A stretch of 64,000 nt of DNA from contig JAFTPZ010000005.1 in NCBI GenBank assembly GCA_017463025.1, positions 408 through 64,407 of the forward strand, written 5' to 3'. The stretch is from Clostridia bacterium. GTDB lineage: Bacteria > Bacillota > Clostridia > Christensenellales > Borkfalkiaceae. Both the position numbers and the translations under genes were made by a program. Below the pieces are notes generated by a model. It did no database searches. It saw only the letters and a list, made by a program, of their open reading frames with translations, and was not told where the DNA came from. Of this stretch, positions 34,710 through 45,176 are shown piece after piece (position 1 is the first letter of the stretch; each line of letters starts with the position of its first letter).

Positions 34710-34863
34710 ATATCACTCCTAATACTTGATTACCGTTAAAATGCGGAGAAGGGTTGTAGATTTGCCCCGAGAGCGGAAGGTTCGCCCCCGCGACTTTACA
34801 AGACGTAAACGAGCAAGGTGAAAACCGCTGAGGGGCAAAGATACGCCCTTATACGCATTTTAC

Positions 34864-37728
34864 TTATTCTGTGCGAAGTGCAATCACGGGATCCTTCTTC
34901 GCCGCCGCAGAGGCAGGAATCAAACCGCTGATCAGCGTCAATCCAACGCTCACGCAAACCATAACGAGCGCGGACGTGATAGGCAAGGACGCAAGCGTGG
35001 CAATACCCGTGAGCGCGCCCAAGATCGCGTTGACGATCACCTGCAAAAGATAGGTTACGACGACGCCGATAACGCCCGACGCCAAACCGATAATGAACGT
35101 TTCCGCGTTGAACAGGTTCTTGATGTCCTTCTTTCTCGCGCCGAGCGAACGCAACACGCCGATCTCTTTCGTTCTTTCCACCACCGATACGTAGGTGATG
35201 ATACCGATCATAACCGAAGATACCACAAGCGAAATCGCCGTGAATGCCACGAGTACGTAAGTGATCGCGTCGAGTATCGTTTCCACCATACTCATCATCA
35301 TACCGACCGTGTCGGTGTACTTCACCTGCTCGCCCGTTTCGTGCTCGTCGTTCCACGTATCCAACCAAGAAAGTATCTGCTCTTTTGCCTCGAAGTTGTC
35401 CGTGTAAATCTGAATGGAATTGACGGTATCTTTGCCGCCGACCGCACGAAGCGCCGTGTCGCCGTAGAGGAAATAATAACCGCTCAACGCCGCGCTTGCG
35501 CTTTCCCCTGCCTCGCCGCTCTGCTCGCTCATTGCGTCGCCCGTCATATAGTATTCGACGAGCGTTTTCGCCGCAGGCTTACACGTTTGCAAAAGCGTCA
35601 TGATCTCGCCCATTTTTTGCATATATTCAGGCGTACCTTGCGTGAGCGATAACAGCTCCTGCGAGAGCGTTCCAAGCTTCTGCGCGCTACCGCTCTGGTC
35701 TTTGAGCGTTTGCGCAAGCGCCGAAGTCATATTCACTTCTCGGTATTCGTTGCAGATCTGCTCCGTCAAATACAAGCCTTTCGTCAAACAACCGTAATTA
35801 TACCCCTCTTTTAAGCGCAAAACGCCCGAAATCGTGATCTCTTTCCCCTTACTTTCGTCCGTGCCCAGCGTAGCGCGTCTGCCCTCGTATTCGTAGAGGT
35901 ATTCGCTCGTAGGCTCCGTCGCAGGGGTATACACCGCGTCGTTATAATTGAGCATAAATTTCTTGCCGACGATCTGATCGAAATCGATCATCGTTTCGTA
36001 GTCCTTACTATCCCCGACTTCCTCGCCCTCTTGGGGGAAGAGCGCCAAAAATTCCTTTTCGCCGATAAAGCCGAGCTGGGCAAGCGTTAAGTCGGTCATA
36101 TCGTTATTGCCGCCCACCACGAGTACCGCCTCGTTCGCTTTTTCGGGGAAATGACCGTCGATCACGTCGTATTGATCGAGCACGTACTCGCCGTAGTTCT
36201 CCGCCGTTACGTCCGCCGTCCCGGGCATTTTACCGTATACGCTGCCGAGGTAATCGACGAGATAGGCAAGGCTGGCGTATTTTTCTTCCTGTTGGGTAAG
36301 CTGGAAGGTGTAATACGCTTTGAGCTCGGACAGGGACATTACCTGTTCCACCGTCGTACCGTTTTCTTCGATCTGTACCTCCGTGTACAGGTTGTTGGAT
36401 AGCGTCATACCGCTACCGTACACGATCGCGGTATACCATTCCTCGTTCATACTTTCCAAATATTCGATATAATCGTCCGAAAGGTTGTTGGTAACCGTCA
36501 TACCCTGCGCGATATTGGTGAGGAAGGAGTTCACGTACACCTTATCGCCGATCTTATCGAGCTCGGGCATATCGTCCGCCGACATCATTCCCGACATGAT
36601 CGCCTCCATATTCACCGTCGTTTCGGTGATTTCAAGGGGATAGGAGGAAAGCATATCCTCTTCCGTTTTTAGAATGTACCCGTTAAAACCGTTGGAAAGC
36701 GCAAGCACCAAGCATACGCTGATGATACCGATACTCCCCGCAAAAGAGGTGATCGCCGTTCTGCCCTTTTTCGTGGCGAGGTTACGCGCGGAAAGTCCCA
36801 AAGAGGTCGCATACGACATCGACGAGCTTTCTTTTCTGCGCTTGTTCGCTTTTTTCGCGGTTTTTGGATCGGGCTCTACCCCTTTCTTCTTTAATTGGAA
36901 TTTCCCCTTACAGACAGGGCAACGGAAAGGCGTCGGTTTACCCAAATTCACGCCGCGCAAACGCAAACGGTTGCCACAACTCGGACAAGTTACGTCGAGC
37001 GTCTTGTTGTCTGCGTAAGCGTCCGAGCCGACCTGTTCGAGCTCCTCCCCGTTATAGGGGTTGGAATCGGAAATGACCAAGCCGTCCTGCAAGCGCACGA
37101 TACGCGAAGAATACTCCTCTGCAAGTTCGGGGTTGTGCGTAACCATGATCACGAGGCGTTCGCCCGCGATCTCGCGAATGAGTTCCATGATCTGTACGCT
37201 GGTGGTGGTATCGAGCGCGCCCGTAGGCTCGTCGGCAAGCAATATTTCGGGATTATTGACGAGCGCACGCGCGATCGCCACACGTTGCATCTGACCGCCC
37301 GAAAGTTGGTTGGGGCGCTTATGCAATTCGTTTTTCAAGCCCACCTTGATCAACGCCTCCGTAGCTCTGCGACGACGTTCCGCTTTGGAAACGCCTGCGA
37401 TCGTCAGCGCAAGCTCGACGTTACCGAGTACCGTCTGGTGCGGTATGAGGTTGTACGATTGAAACACGAATCCGATACGGTGATTTCGGTAAACGTCCCA
37501 GTCGTGATCCTTATAATTTTTGGTAGAAACGCCGCAAATAACGAGATCGCCCGAAGTGTAGTGATCCAAGCCGCCGATGATATTGAGGAGGGTGGTTTTA
37601 CCGCACCCCGACGCGCCGAGAACGGAAACGAACTCGTTTTTGCGGAAACGGAGGGATACGCCGCGAAGCGCGTGTACCTTATGCCCTGCCGTTTCATAAT
37701 CTTTTTTGATGTTTTTAAGTTGTAACAT
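34864..37728 (-). CDS. Fused ABC ATPase plus FtsX/MacB-type permease, with a zinc ribbon between the two halves
   Basis: I prefer the ATG at 37728 (MLQLKNIKKDY), which has a GGAG RBS. Walker A GASGCGKT, signature LSGGQMQR, Walker B LLADEPTGALD, and CPSCGN...CPVCKG at aa 256-281 of the track ORF. FtsX-type TM bundle at the C-terminus. Confidence 0.88.
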   Translation of the reverse strand: MLQLKNIKKDYETAGHKVHALRGVSLRFRKNEFVSVLGASGCGKTTLLNIIGGLDHYTSGDLVICGVSTKNYKDHDWDVYRNHRIGFVFQSYNLIPHQTVLGNVELALTIAGVSKAERRRRATEALIKVGLKNELHKRPNQLSGGQMQRVAIARALVNNPEILLADEPTGALDTTTSVQIMELIREIAGERLVIMVTHNPELAEEYSSRIVRLQDGLVISDSNPYNGEELEQVGSDAYADNKTLDVTCPSCGNRLRLRGVNLGKPTPFRCPVCKGKFQLKKKGVEPDPKTAKKANKRRKESSSMSYATSLGLSARNLATKKGRTAITSFAGSIGIISVCLVLALSNGFNGYILKTEEDMLSSYPLEITETTVNMEAIMSGMMSADDMPELDKIGDKVYVNSFLTNIAQGMTVTNNLSDDYIEYLESMNEEWYTAIVYGSGMTLSNNLYTEVQIEENGTTVEQVMSLSELKAYYTFQLTQQEEKYASLAYLVDYLGSVYGKMPGTADVTAENYGEYVLDQYDVIDGHFPEKANEAVLVVGGNNDMTDLTLAQLGFIGEKEFLALFPQEGEEVGDSKDYETMIDFDQIVGKKFMLNYNDAVYTPATEPTSEYLYEYEGRRATLGTDESKGKEITISGVLRLKEGYNYGCLTKGLYLTEQICNEYREVNMTSALAQTLKDQSGSAQKLGTLSQELLSLTQGTPEYMQKMGEIMTLLQTCKPAAKTLVEYYMTGDAMSEQSGEAGESASAALSGYYFLYGDTALRAVGGKDTVNSIQIYTDNFEAKEQILSWLDTWNDEHETGEQVKYTDTVGMMMSMVETILDAITYVLVAFTAISLVVSSVMIGIITYVSVVERTKEIGVLRSLGARKKDIKNLFNAETFIIGLASGVIGVVVTYLLQVIVNAILGALTGIATLASLPITSALVMVCVSVGLTLISGLIPASAAAKKDPVIALRTE

Positions 37729-37758
37729 ATTTGCCTTACTCCAACTTTCCAATAATTA

Positions 37759-38253
37759 TTATTTACTCTTTTTGCTTTCTTCTTTCATACGCGTTTTCGT
37801 AAGCTCGACAAACGAATCGAACAGTTCGTACATACGGTTGAAATTATCCTCGCCGAACTCCGCTACGACTTTGCCGATAAACGTTAAGCTACGGGAAATA
37901 TCCTCGCCGTACTGTTTCACGATGGAATCGGAAAGCTCGATATAAGCGATCTTTCTATCCTTTTCGTCCGAAACGCGCGTAACCACGCCGCGAGATTCCA
38001 AACGGTTGACGATCTGCGAAACCGCCGAACGCGTTACGCCCAATCGCTTGGCAAGCTGGGTGGAAATCAAACGGTTTCCCTCCGTTTTCGCGCTGACGAT
38101 CTCTCCCAATAAACGCAATTCCGTTTCATTGAAATAGGTTTTTTCGTCCACGATCACGATCTCGTCGCGTTTTCTCAAAATAGAAAAAATTTTCGCGAGG
38201 TATTCTTCATTTTTTCCGCCATGCCCAAAGACAGCTTTTTCCGTTTTTTTCAT
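37759..38253 (-). CDS. MarR-family transcriptional regulator
   Basis: Winged-helix segment LISTQLAKRLGVTRSAVSQIVNRLESRGVVTR. It lies immediately upstream of the ABC fusion. Confidence 0.8.
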   Translation of the reverse strand: MKKTEKAVFGHGGKNEEYLAKIFSILRKRDEIVIVDEKTYFNETELRLLGEIVSAKTEGNRLISTQLAKRLGVTRSAVSQIVNRLESRGVVTRVSDEKDRKIAYIELSDSIVKQYGEDISRSLTFIGKVVAEFGEDNFNRMYELFDSFVELTKTRMKEESKKSK

Positions 38254-38444
38254 TTGCTTTTCTCCTTATGTAACTTTTTCTATTATATTATACTTTCTTC
38301 TATGCCTTTGTCAAGTGGATAACAATATAAAAAATAGGATTTCACGATTTTTTCATTTTATTCACCACGTACACTTTTTAGACGACTTTTTTCGACGCGG
38401 ATCATTCTTTTTCGCCTACCTTTGAAAATTCCCCGTAAAAAGAC

Positions 38445-38473
38445 TTGTCAAGCGCGCGGAAAAATGCTACAAT
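38445..38473 (+). promoter_or_regulatory. Sigma-70-type promoter with an extended -10
   Basis: TTGTCA, a 17-nt spacer ending in TGC, then TACAAT. Confidence 0.45.
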
Positions 38474-38503
38474 AAATACGATAAAAGAAAAGGGTGGTTT
38501 ATT

Positions 38504-39781
38504 ATGGAAAAAACGAAAACGTTGACGGAATTTTTGAATCGTTCTTTAACGGCGTATCACGCGAAAGACAACGTGAAAGAAGAATTGACGAAAAACGGAT
38601 TTACGCGACTTTCGGAAACGGAGGATTTCGAACTTTCGGAGGGCGGTAAATATTTCGTGGAGCGCGGTGCGAGCGTGATCGCGTTCACCGTCGGGGGCTT
38701 GGACAGATTTTCTTATAAGATCGTCGCCTCGCACGTGGACTCCCCTGCGCTCAAACTCAAAGAAAATCCCGTGAAAAAAGTGGAAAACTGCGCTATGCTC
38801 AACGTGGAAACGTACGGCGGCGGTATTTGGTATTCCTTTTTCGACCGTCCCTTGAAGATCGCAGGGCGCGTGGTGAAAAGCGAAAACGCGCGGATATACG
38901 CCGAAACGGTGGAATCCCCTTTCTTCGTTACCGTTCCCTCCGTTGCCGTACACCAAAACCGCGGCGTGAACGAGGGCTTTGCGATCAATCCGCAGGTCGA
39001 TCTTCTGCCGCTGTTATCCTTTGCAGGACAGGAAAGCGAATGGCTGACCAAGATCGCAGGCGACGAACGCGTGATCTCGCACGATCTGTATTTAGTGCAC
39101 GCGAGCGAGCCATACTTTTTCGGCGTGAACGACGAATTTCTCGCCGCGCCGCGCGTGGATAACTTAACGAGCGTATACGGCTCTTTACAAGCGCTTTTGG
39201 ATAAAGCGGACAGTCAGGGCGTATGCGTGGCGGCGTTTTTGCACCACGAAGAGGTGGGCAGTCATTCCTCGCAGGGCGCAGGCGGCGATTTCCTCGAAAA
39301 CGTGTTGCGGCGTATTGCGTACGCGTTCCATTTCGACGATAACGAATTTTACAAGGCGCTTGCCTCCTCTTTCTTCCTTTCGGCGGACAATGCGCACGCG
39401 TTGCACCCCAACCACCCCGAAAAGAGCGATCCCACCAACAAGACGCTCCTCGGCGGCGGTATCGTGATCAAATCGCACGCAGGCGGCGCGTATATCACCG
39501 ACGCGGTTTCCTCTGCCGTAGTCAAAACGGTATTTGAAAAAGCAGGCGTAACCTATCAAAGCTTTTTCAACCGCTCGGACGTGCGCAGCGGCTCGACGCT
39601 CGGCGTTTCCGCGCTCACGCGTTTGGGTATGGCAGGCGCGGATATCGGTATTGCACAGCTTGCCATGCATTCCGCTTGCGAATGTTTCGCCGCGTCCGAT
39701 TTCGACGAATACGTCAACGGAATGACCGCGTTCTATTCCTCCGATATCTTCGTGGAAAACGACGGTTTCACTGTGCAATAA
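38504..39781 (+). CDS. M18-family aminopeptidase
   Basis: SHVDSPALKLKENP motif, and an overall length and pattern typical of aspartyl aminopeptidase-like enzymes. Confidence 0.85.
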   Translation: MEKTKTLTEFLNRSLTAYHAKDNVKEELTKNGFTRLSETEDFELSEGGKYFVERGASVIAFTVGGLDRFSYKIVASHVDSPALKLKENPVKKVENCAMLNVETYGGGIWYSFFDRPLKIAGRVVKSENARIYAETVESPFFVTVPSVAVHQNRGVNEGFAINPQVDLLPLLSFAGQESEWLTKIAGDERVISHDLYLVHASEPYFFGVNDEFLAAPRVDNLTSVYGSLQALLDKADSQGVCVAAFLHHEEVGSHSSQGAGGDFLENVLRRIAYAFHFDDNEFYKALASSFFLSADNAHALHPNHPEKSDPTNKTLLGGGIVIKSHAGGAYITDAVSSAVVKTVFEKAGVTYQSFFNRSDVRSGSTLGVSALTRLGMAGADIGIAQLAMHSACECFAASDFDEYVNGMTAFYSSDIFVENDGFTVQ

Positions 39782-39796
39782 GCGTTATAAAAATTT

Positions 39797-39831
39797 ACGG
39801 CTTATCCCGCGCTTGGGATAAGCCGTTTTTC
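39797..39831. terminator. Bidirectional intrinsic terminator between convergent aminopeptidase genes
   Basis: acggcttatccc-gcgctt-gggataagccgt (perfect 12-bp stem), followed by TTTT. Confidence 0.8.
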
Positions 39832-39832
39832 G

Positions 39833-41209
39833 TTATTTCAAAAATGCGCGGAAAGCGAGATACACCTCGTACAAGTCCGCTTTGGAAATGACTTCGAAAG
39901 GCGAGTGCATGGAAATCACGGGTACGCCGATATCGATCGTGTCGATATTCGCTTTCGCCACGTATTTGGCGACCGTGCCGCCGCCGCCGACGTCTACTTT
40001 ACCCATTTCCCCCGTCTGCCAGATCACGTTATTCTCCGCAAACGCTCTGCGTAAAAAGCTCATAAACTCCGCGTCCGCGTCGTTCGAGCCGCTCTTACCG
40101 CGCGCGCCCGTGAATTTCGTGATCCCTGCGCCGCAGGAGAGGTACGCCGAGTTCAAGGGTTCGGAAACGTCCTTGAAGTTGGGATCATACCCCGCGTTTA
40201 CGTCTGCGGATAAGCACTTGGAATTTGCGCGCACCGCCGCGGACGGTACGTTAAACGAGCTTGCGATCGCGTCGATCAGGTCGGTGAAGAGTACGCATTG
40301 CATACCCGTCGTGCCCTCGCTGCCGATCTCCTCTTTATCCGCGAGTACCACCATCACCGTGTGCTTGCTCTGTTCTTCTTCAAAGAGCGCGGTGAACGCA
40401 GGGTACGAGCAAACGCGATCGTCGTGCCCGTACGCGCCGATCAGCGCGCGGTCGAAACCGATATCCTTTGCCTTATACGCCGGTACGACGCAAAGCTCCG
40501 CGCTTAAAAAGTCCTCTTCGGTGATACCGTATTTCTCGTTGAGAATTTTCAAAAGATTTTCTTTGACCGTCTTATCCTTATCGTCTGCCGCCGCCGTGTA
40601 CGGGATATTGCCCAGCCAGATATTGAGGTCCTCGCCGCCGAGCCCCTCGCCGAGCGGTTTCGCGTTCTGTTTCGCCGCCAAGTGGGGCAACAGATCGCTG
40701 ATATAGAATACGGGATCGTTTTCGTCCTCGCCGATAATCACGTTGACGACCTCGCCGCTCGTCAACGCCACCGCGCCGTGCAGAGCAAGAGGGATCGCCG
40801 CCCATTGATATTTACGGATACCGCCGTAATAATGCGTTTTTGCAAACGCCACGCCGTTGTCCTCGTATAAGGGGACTTGTTTGAGATCGATTCTCGGACT
40901 GTCGATATGCGACGCGATAATACGGATACCGTCCTCCGCCACGTTTTCGCTACCCACCTTGATTAAGTACAGATTTTTACCGCGGTTATCGTAGTAGACC
41001 TTATCGCCTGCTTTGAGTTTTTGCCCGAATTTATAAGGCTTATACCCCTTTTGGATCGCGGCGTTTTTCGCCCATGCGCAAGCCTCGCGTTCGGTTTTAC
41101 CCTCGTCGATAAATACCTTGTAGCCCTCGGCGTAGTCGAAGATCTCCTTTAAGAGTTTCTCGTCCGCCTTTTCGTATACGTTCGTTCTTTTGTAAGCCAG
41201 ATCACTCAT
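39833..41209 (-). CDS. M18-family aminopeptidase (aminopeptidase-1 type)
   Basis: SHIDSPRIDLKQVP motif. 458 aa. Confidence 0.82.
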   Translation of the reverse strand: MSDLAYKRTNVYEKADEKLLKEIFDYAEGYKVFIDEGKTEREACAWAKNAAIQKGYKPYKFGQKLKAGDKVYYDNRGKNLYLIKVGSENVAEDGIRIIASHIDSPRIDLKQVPLYEDNGVAFAKTHYYGGIRKYQWAAIPLALHGAVALTSGEVVNVIIGEDENDPVFYISDLLPHLAAKQNAKPLGEGLGGEDLNIWLGNIPYTAAADDKDKTVKENLLKILNEKYGITEEDFLSAELCVVPAYKAKDIGFDRALIGAYGHDDRVCSYPAFTALFEEEQSKHTVMVVLADKEEIGSEGTTGMQCVLFTDLIDAIASSFNVPSAAVRANSKCLSADVNAGYDPNFKDVSEPLNSAYLSCGAGITKFTGARGKSGSNDADAEFMSFLRRAFAENNVIWQTGEMGKVDVGGGGTVAKYVAKANIDTIDIGVPVISMHSPFEVISKADLYEVYLAFRAFLK

Positions 41210-41313
41210 TGATTTATACCTTCCTTTTTTCTTATTTATTATTTATTATTTTTTTCTTTTTTTACGCCTAACGAAGTTCCTTGACCTCTATTCTTCGCGC
41301 GCGCCACACGGGG

Positions 41314-42240
41314 TTAGTGTAAAAAGCCTTTAATAATTTGCTCTTCCGCCTCTTTTTCCGTCAAGCCCAACGTCATAAGTTTCGTGAGCTGTTCGCCTGC
41401 GATCTTGCCGATCGCCGCTTCGTGAATGAGCTCCGCGTCGATATCGTTCGCCGATAAACAGGGCGCGGCGGTAACCGAAGCTTCGTCCATAATGATCGCG
41501 TCGCATTCCGTATGACCGTGGCAGGGCGCGTTGCCGTTCATCGTCGATACGAATCTTTGCACCGACTGCTCCGCCGCCACCGATCTCGACATTACGTCCG
41601 CCCGACAGTTCGCGCCGTTCATATCGATCACGAAATCGGTGTCCGCCACCTGTCTGCCGTGCGTATATAATTTCTCTTTCACCACGAAATTCGCGCCCGC
41701 TTTCATATCCGCTTTCGTAATACGCTTGGTGGAGTCGATGCCTTTGATCTGGGTGGTTTCCATGATCATACTCGCCCCCTCGTCCAAATGCACCACCGTC
41801 GTCGGGTTCATCACGTTTTTACCGTTTCCGTCCCCTTGCCCGTAGTGTTTTTCTACGTATTTGACTTTCGCGTTTTTGCCTACGTAAAAGGTGTGTACGC
41901 CGTCGTGGCGCGAGGTCATATCCACGCCGCCGCAGTTGTGTATGCCACAGCCTGCCACGATCACCACGTCCGTGTCCTCGCCGATATGGAAATCGTTATA
42001 TACGACCTCCTGCAAGCCCGCTTTACTGATAATCACGGGTATATGCATACTCTCGTTTTTCGTGCCTGCTTTCACGTAAATATCGATCCCCGACTTGCCG
42101 TCCGTTTTCGTTACGATATCGATATTCGCCGTCGTGTTGCGGCTTTCCGTCGCGCCGTTGCCGCGTATGTTATACGCCCCCTCGGGCACGCCGTGCAGAT
42201 CGGCTATCTTTAATAATAAATCTTTTTCGATCGCGTCCAT
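41314..42240 (-). CDS. SufB/SufD-family Fe-S assembly protein
   Basis: 308 aa with beta-helix-like repeats. It lies directly downstream of a SufC-type ATPase. Confidence 0.7.
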   Translation of the reverse strand: MDAIEKDLLLKIADLHGVPEGAYNIRGNGATESRNTTANIDIVTKTDGKSGIDIYVKAGTKNESMHIPVIISKAGLQEVVYNDFHIGEDTDVVIVAGCGIHNCGGVDMTSRHDGVHTFYVGKNAKVKYVEKHYGQGDGNGKNVMNPTTVVHLDEGASMIMETTQIKGIDSTKRITKADMKAGANFVVKEKLYTHGRQVADTDFVIDMNGANCRADVMSRSVAAEQSVQRFVSTMNGNAPCHGHTECDAIIMDEASVTAAPCLSANDIDAELIHEAAIGKIAGEQLTKLMTLGLTEKEAEEQIIKGFLH

Positions 42241-42253
42241 AGTTCGTCCTCTC

Positions 42254-42973
42254 TTACAGTTTATCCGTTAAGATCTTACAGGCGTCCACGCCGAGGAGCT
42301 TGGGGAGTACCTCTCCCTTTTCGCCCTGCTCGCGTACCTCGCCGTCTGCGATCACGACGATCTTATCGGCTATATTCAATATACGCTCCTGATGAGAAAT
42401 GATGAGTATATTTCCCTGCGTTTTTTCGTGCATTTTCTCGAATACCTTGATGAGGTTGCCAAAACTCCAAAGATCGATACCTGCCTCCGGCTCGTCGAAG
42501 ATGGAAAGCTCCGTGCCGCGCGCCAAAATGGTGGCGATCTCGATACGTTTCAATTCCCCACCCGAAAGCGACGCGTTGACCTCGCGATCGATATAATCTC
42601 TCGCGCACATACCCACCTCCGACAAATACGCGCAAGCCTCCGATACTTTAATGGGTTTACCTGCCGCGATATTGATAAGATCGCGCACCGTCAAGCCCTT
42701 GAAACGTACGGGCTGTTGAAAGGCGTACGAAATGCCTTTTTTCGCACGCTCGGTAACGGACAGCTCCGTAACGTCCTCGCCGTTGAAATAGATCTTACCC
42801 GTCGTGGGCGTGATAATGCCGGCGATCACTTTCGCAAGCGTGGATTTACCGCCGCCGTTCGGTCCCGTGAACGCCACGAAACGGTCGTTTATCGTTAAAT
42901 TTATATTTTTCAGAATTTCCTTTTCGCCAAGCTCGTCCTCGACGCGATATCCCACGTTTTTAAGTTCTAACAT
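42254..42973 (-). CDS. sufC: SufC-type ABC ATPase
   Basis: GPNGGGKSTLAKVIAG, LSGGELKRIEIA and IFDEPEAGID. Soluble, 239 aa. Confidence 0.8.
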   Translation of the reverse strand: MLELKNVGYRVEDELGEKEILKNINLTINDRFVAFTGPNGGGKSTLAKVIAGIITPTTGKIYFNGEDVTELSVTERAKKGISYAFQQPVRFKGLTVRDLINIAAGKPIKVSEACAYLSEVGMCARDYIDREVNASLSGGELKRIEIATILARGTELSIFDEPEAGIDLWSFGNLIKVFEKMHEKTQGNILIISHQERILNIADKIVVIADGEVREQGEKGEVLPKLLGVDACKILTDKL

Positions 42974-43029
42974 AGTTTCCTCTTTCGGATTTTTCTCTCT
43001 CTTTTATTTATACCGCATTTTTTGCGGGA

Positions 43030-44481
43030 TTAAACGCCGTTTTCCCTCTTCCCTATCGTAATTTCCGTATTCTCGCCCAGCTTTATCAGCGTGAATCCGT
43101 TTTCCGTCAGCGCAGGTAGCGTAAACGAAAGATTTTCCACCGTGAGCGGACAACGTAGCGCGAGCGCGTTCTTTGCCACAAGCTCCGTTTGCGTGCCCTC
43201 CTCCGATCTTCTGCCGATAATTTTCAAGCTCGCCGCTTTGGGCGTTGCCGCGGCGTCAAACTCCACTTTGCCGATATGTAGCTTGCCTTTTGCCGTAACG
43301 GAGGTATCCGCTTGCAGCGTGATCTCGTACCTGCTCCCCTCGTTCGTCATTTTTTTCAACGCGCTGTCTACCGAAGCGTACATACCCAGATCTTTTCCGT
43401 TTTCCGTTAAACGGACGGGAAACAGCCGTTCTTCGGAAATTTCGGGCAAACCGAATTGATAATCTACGCCCCAACCGTCCGCAGGGGTGGACGCTACGTG
43501 CGTTTGCGCGAACTCCGACGCAGGCACGCCGAACCATTCGCGGTACATCTCCTCCCGATCCGCCCAAGTCGCGTCGACGGCGCGCCAAGCCCCGTCTATT
43601 TTGACGACGTTCCAAGCGTGGCCGCCCGAACTTTCGCCGTGCACGCCCTCGCCCGAAATCGTGATACATTCCAGCGCAAACAGATCGCAGAAAAAATCGA
43701 ACGTCTTGGCGTACGTTTCGCACACGCCCGATCTATGCGTACCCGTGCCGGCAACGCTATGCGCCCAACGGTCGTCCTGCGGCGTTTTGCCGTCCTCCTC
43801 GTAGGCGTACGTCAAGGTGGTGAGCAGGTATTCGTAAATAACGAGCGCGCGCTCCGTTTCGCTGTCGTACACCGAAAAATAATCGTCGCACTCGCGCGCC
43901 GCCGCCTCGATCGCCGCTTGCGTTTGCGCGCGGCTTTCCGCAGTGGCGTATTCGGATACCGTCAAAAAACTTAAATTTTTCGAATCGTACCGCACTTGGT
44001 TTTTCAACCAGAAAAATTCGGGATACTCCGTGTAGACGAGTTTCCAAACCGCCGTCGCCTCTTCCCTCGTCAAGCCGTATTGCGCGTAGTTCACAGAACC
44101 GACCGTATACGTGCCGTTTTTCTCCGCGATATCCTTGTCCGAACGGTGAAAATCCCCTAAAAAGGAAACGGTGGCTTCGTATAATTTACAAAGACCTTCC
44201 CCCTTTTCTTCGTTTGCCGAAAAGTATTGATAGCCGTACTTTTCCCGCGCCGCGGACGGCGAAAAATCGAGCGGCACGGCGCGCCCTACGTCTTGAAAAG
44301 TTCCGTCCGAATAATACACCGCTCTATGCCCGTTTACGTCCGTTTCTTCGCGTAAAACGTATGTCGTTGGGCTGGTTTGGGGCGGTTTTTCCAATGAGGA
44401 AGTCGGCGCGGCTACGCAAGATGAAAAGGAAAAAAACAATGCGGAAAGTATACAAAATATACCCTGCTTTTTCCTTTTCAT
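43030..44481 (-). CDS. Transglutaminase-like cysteine-protease-fold lipoprotein
   Basis: I chose the ATG at 44481, which has an AGGAG RBS. Lipobox FSFSSC, and a Cys-His-Asp core GVCETYAKTF ... GGHAWNVVKIDGAWRAVDATW. Confidence 0.8.
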   Translation of the reverse strand: MKRKKQGIFCILSALFFSFSSCVAAPTSSLEKPPQTSPTTYVLREETDVNGHRAVYYSDGTFQDVGRAVPLDFSPSAAREKYGYQYFSANEEKGEGLCKLYEATVSFLGDFHRSDKDIAEKNGTYTVGSVNYAQYGLTREEATAVWKLVYTEYPEFFWLKNQVRYDSKNLSFLTVSEYATAESRAQTQAAIEAAARECDDYFSVYDSETERALVIYEYLLTTLTYAYEEDGKTPQDDRWAHSVAGTGTHRSGVCETYAKTFDFFCDLFALECITISGEGVHGESSGGHAWNVVKIDGAWRAVDATWADREEMYREWFGVPASEFAQTHVASTPADGWGVDYQFGLPEISEERLFPVRLTENGKDLGMYASVDSALKKMTNEGSRYEITLQADTSVTAKGKLHIGKVEFDAAATPKAASLKIIGRRSEEGTQTELVAKNALALRCPLTVENLSFTLPALTENGFTLIKLGENTEITIGKRENGV

Positions 44482-44498
44482 TACTTTCGTTCTCCTTG

Positions 44499-45161
44499 TT
44501 AAAATATACGTGTCAAAATACTTCTCTCTTTGAGCCACTTGCGCTTGACCTTATAATCGGGGAGGTATCTCTCCACCTCCCGCCAAAACGCTTGCGAGTG
44601 ATTTTTATATTTGGTGTGCGCTAGCTCGTGCACGACGACGTAATCGATCACCTCTTTCGGCGCATAAATAAGCCGAAAGGTATAACGGATACGGTTATCG
44701 TGCGTACAAGAGCCCCACCTGCCCCTTGCCGACGAAACGCGCACGGATACAAAGCTCGTCCCCATTTCCCTCGCCCGTTTTTCCGTGGCGACGGTGAAAA
44801 TGCGCAAGGCGTTTTCTTTTAACCATTTCACGAGCCTTTGTTTTGCGTTTTTCTCGGGCAGGAAAATACGGTGCGTTTGTGGCTCGAACTGCACGAATTT
44901 CTCTTGTGTGAGCGTGATCGTACACTTCTCGCCGAGCAATAAAAAGGAATACCCGTTAAGATCTTCCTGCGGCAATTCCAAGTCCGTTTTTTCCGCTTTC
45001 GTCTTATGGTGCAATATCCAAGCTTCTTTGTCTTTCAGAAACGCAAAAATCCGTCCCTCATCGCATTTTTTCGGCGCGCGAACGGTTACATTGCCGAAAC
45101 AATCAACGGTAACGCTCAACGTTTTGCGATCGGAACGGATAATCTGATCGGGTGTAATCAT
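44499..45161 (-). CDS. M48/DUF45 (YgjP-like) metallopeptidase
   Basis: VVVHELAHTKYKNHSQAFW (HExxH plus a downstream H). 220 aa. Confidence 0.85.
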   Translation of the reverse strand: MITPDQIIRSDRKTLSVTVDCFGNVTVRAPKKCDEGRIFAFLKDKEAWILHHKTKAEKTDLELPQEDLNGYSFLLLGEKCTITLTQEKFVQFEPQTHRIFLPEKNAKQRLVKWLKENALRIFTVATEKRAREMGTSFVSVRVSSARGRWGSCTHDNRIRYTFRLIYAPKEVIDYVVVHELAHTKYKNHSQAFWREVERYLPDYKVKRKWLKERSILTRIF

Positions 45162-45176
45162 ACCGATAAAAGGCGC

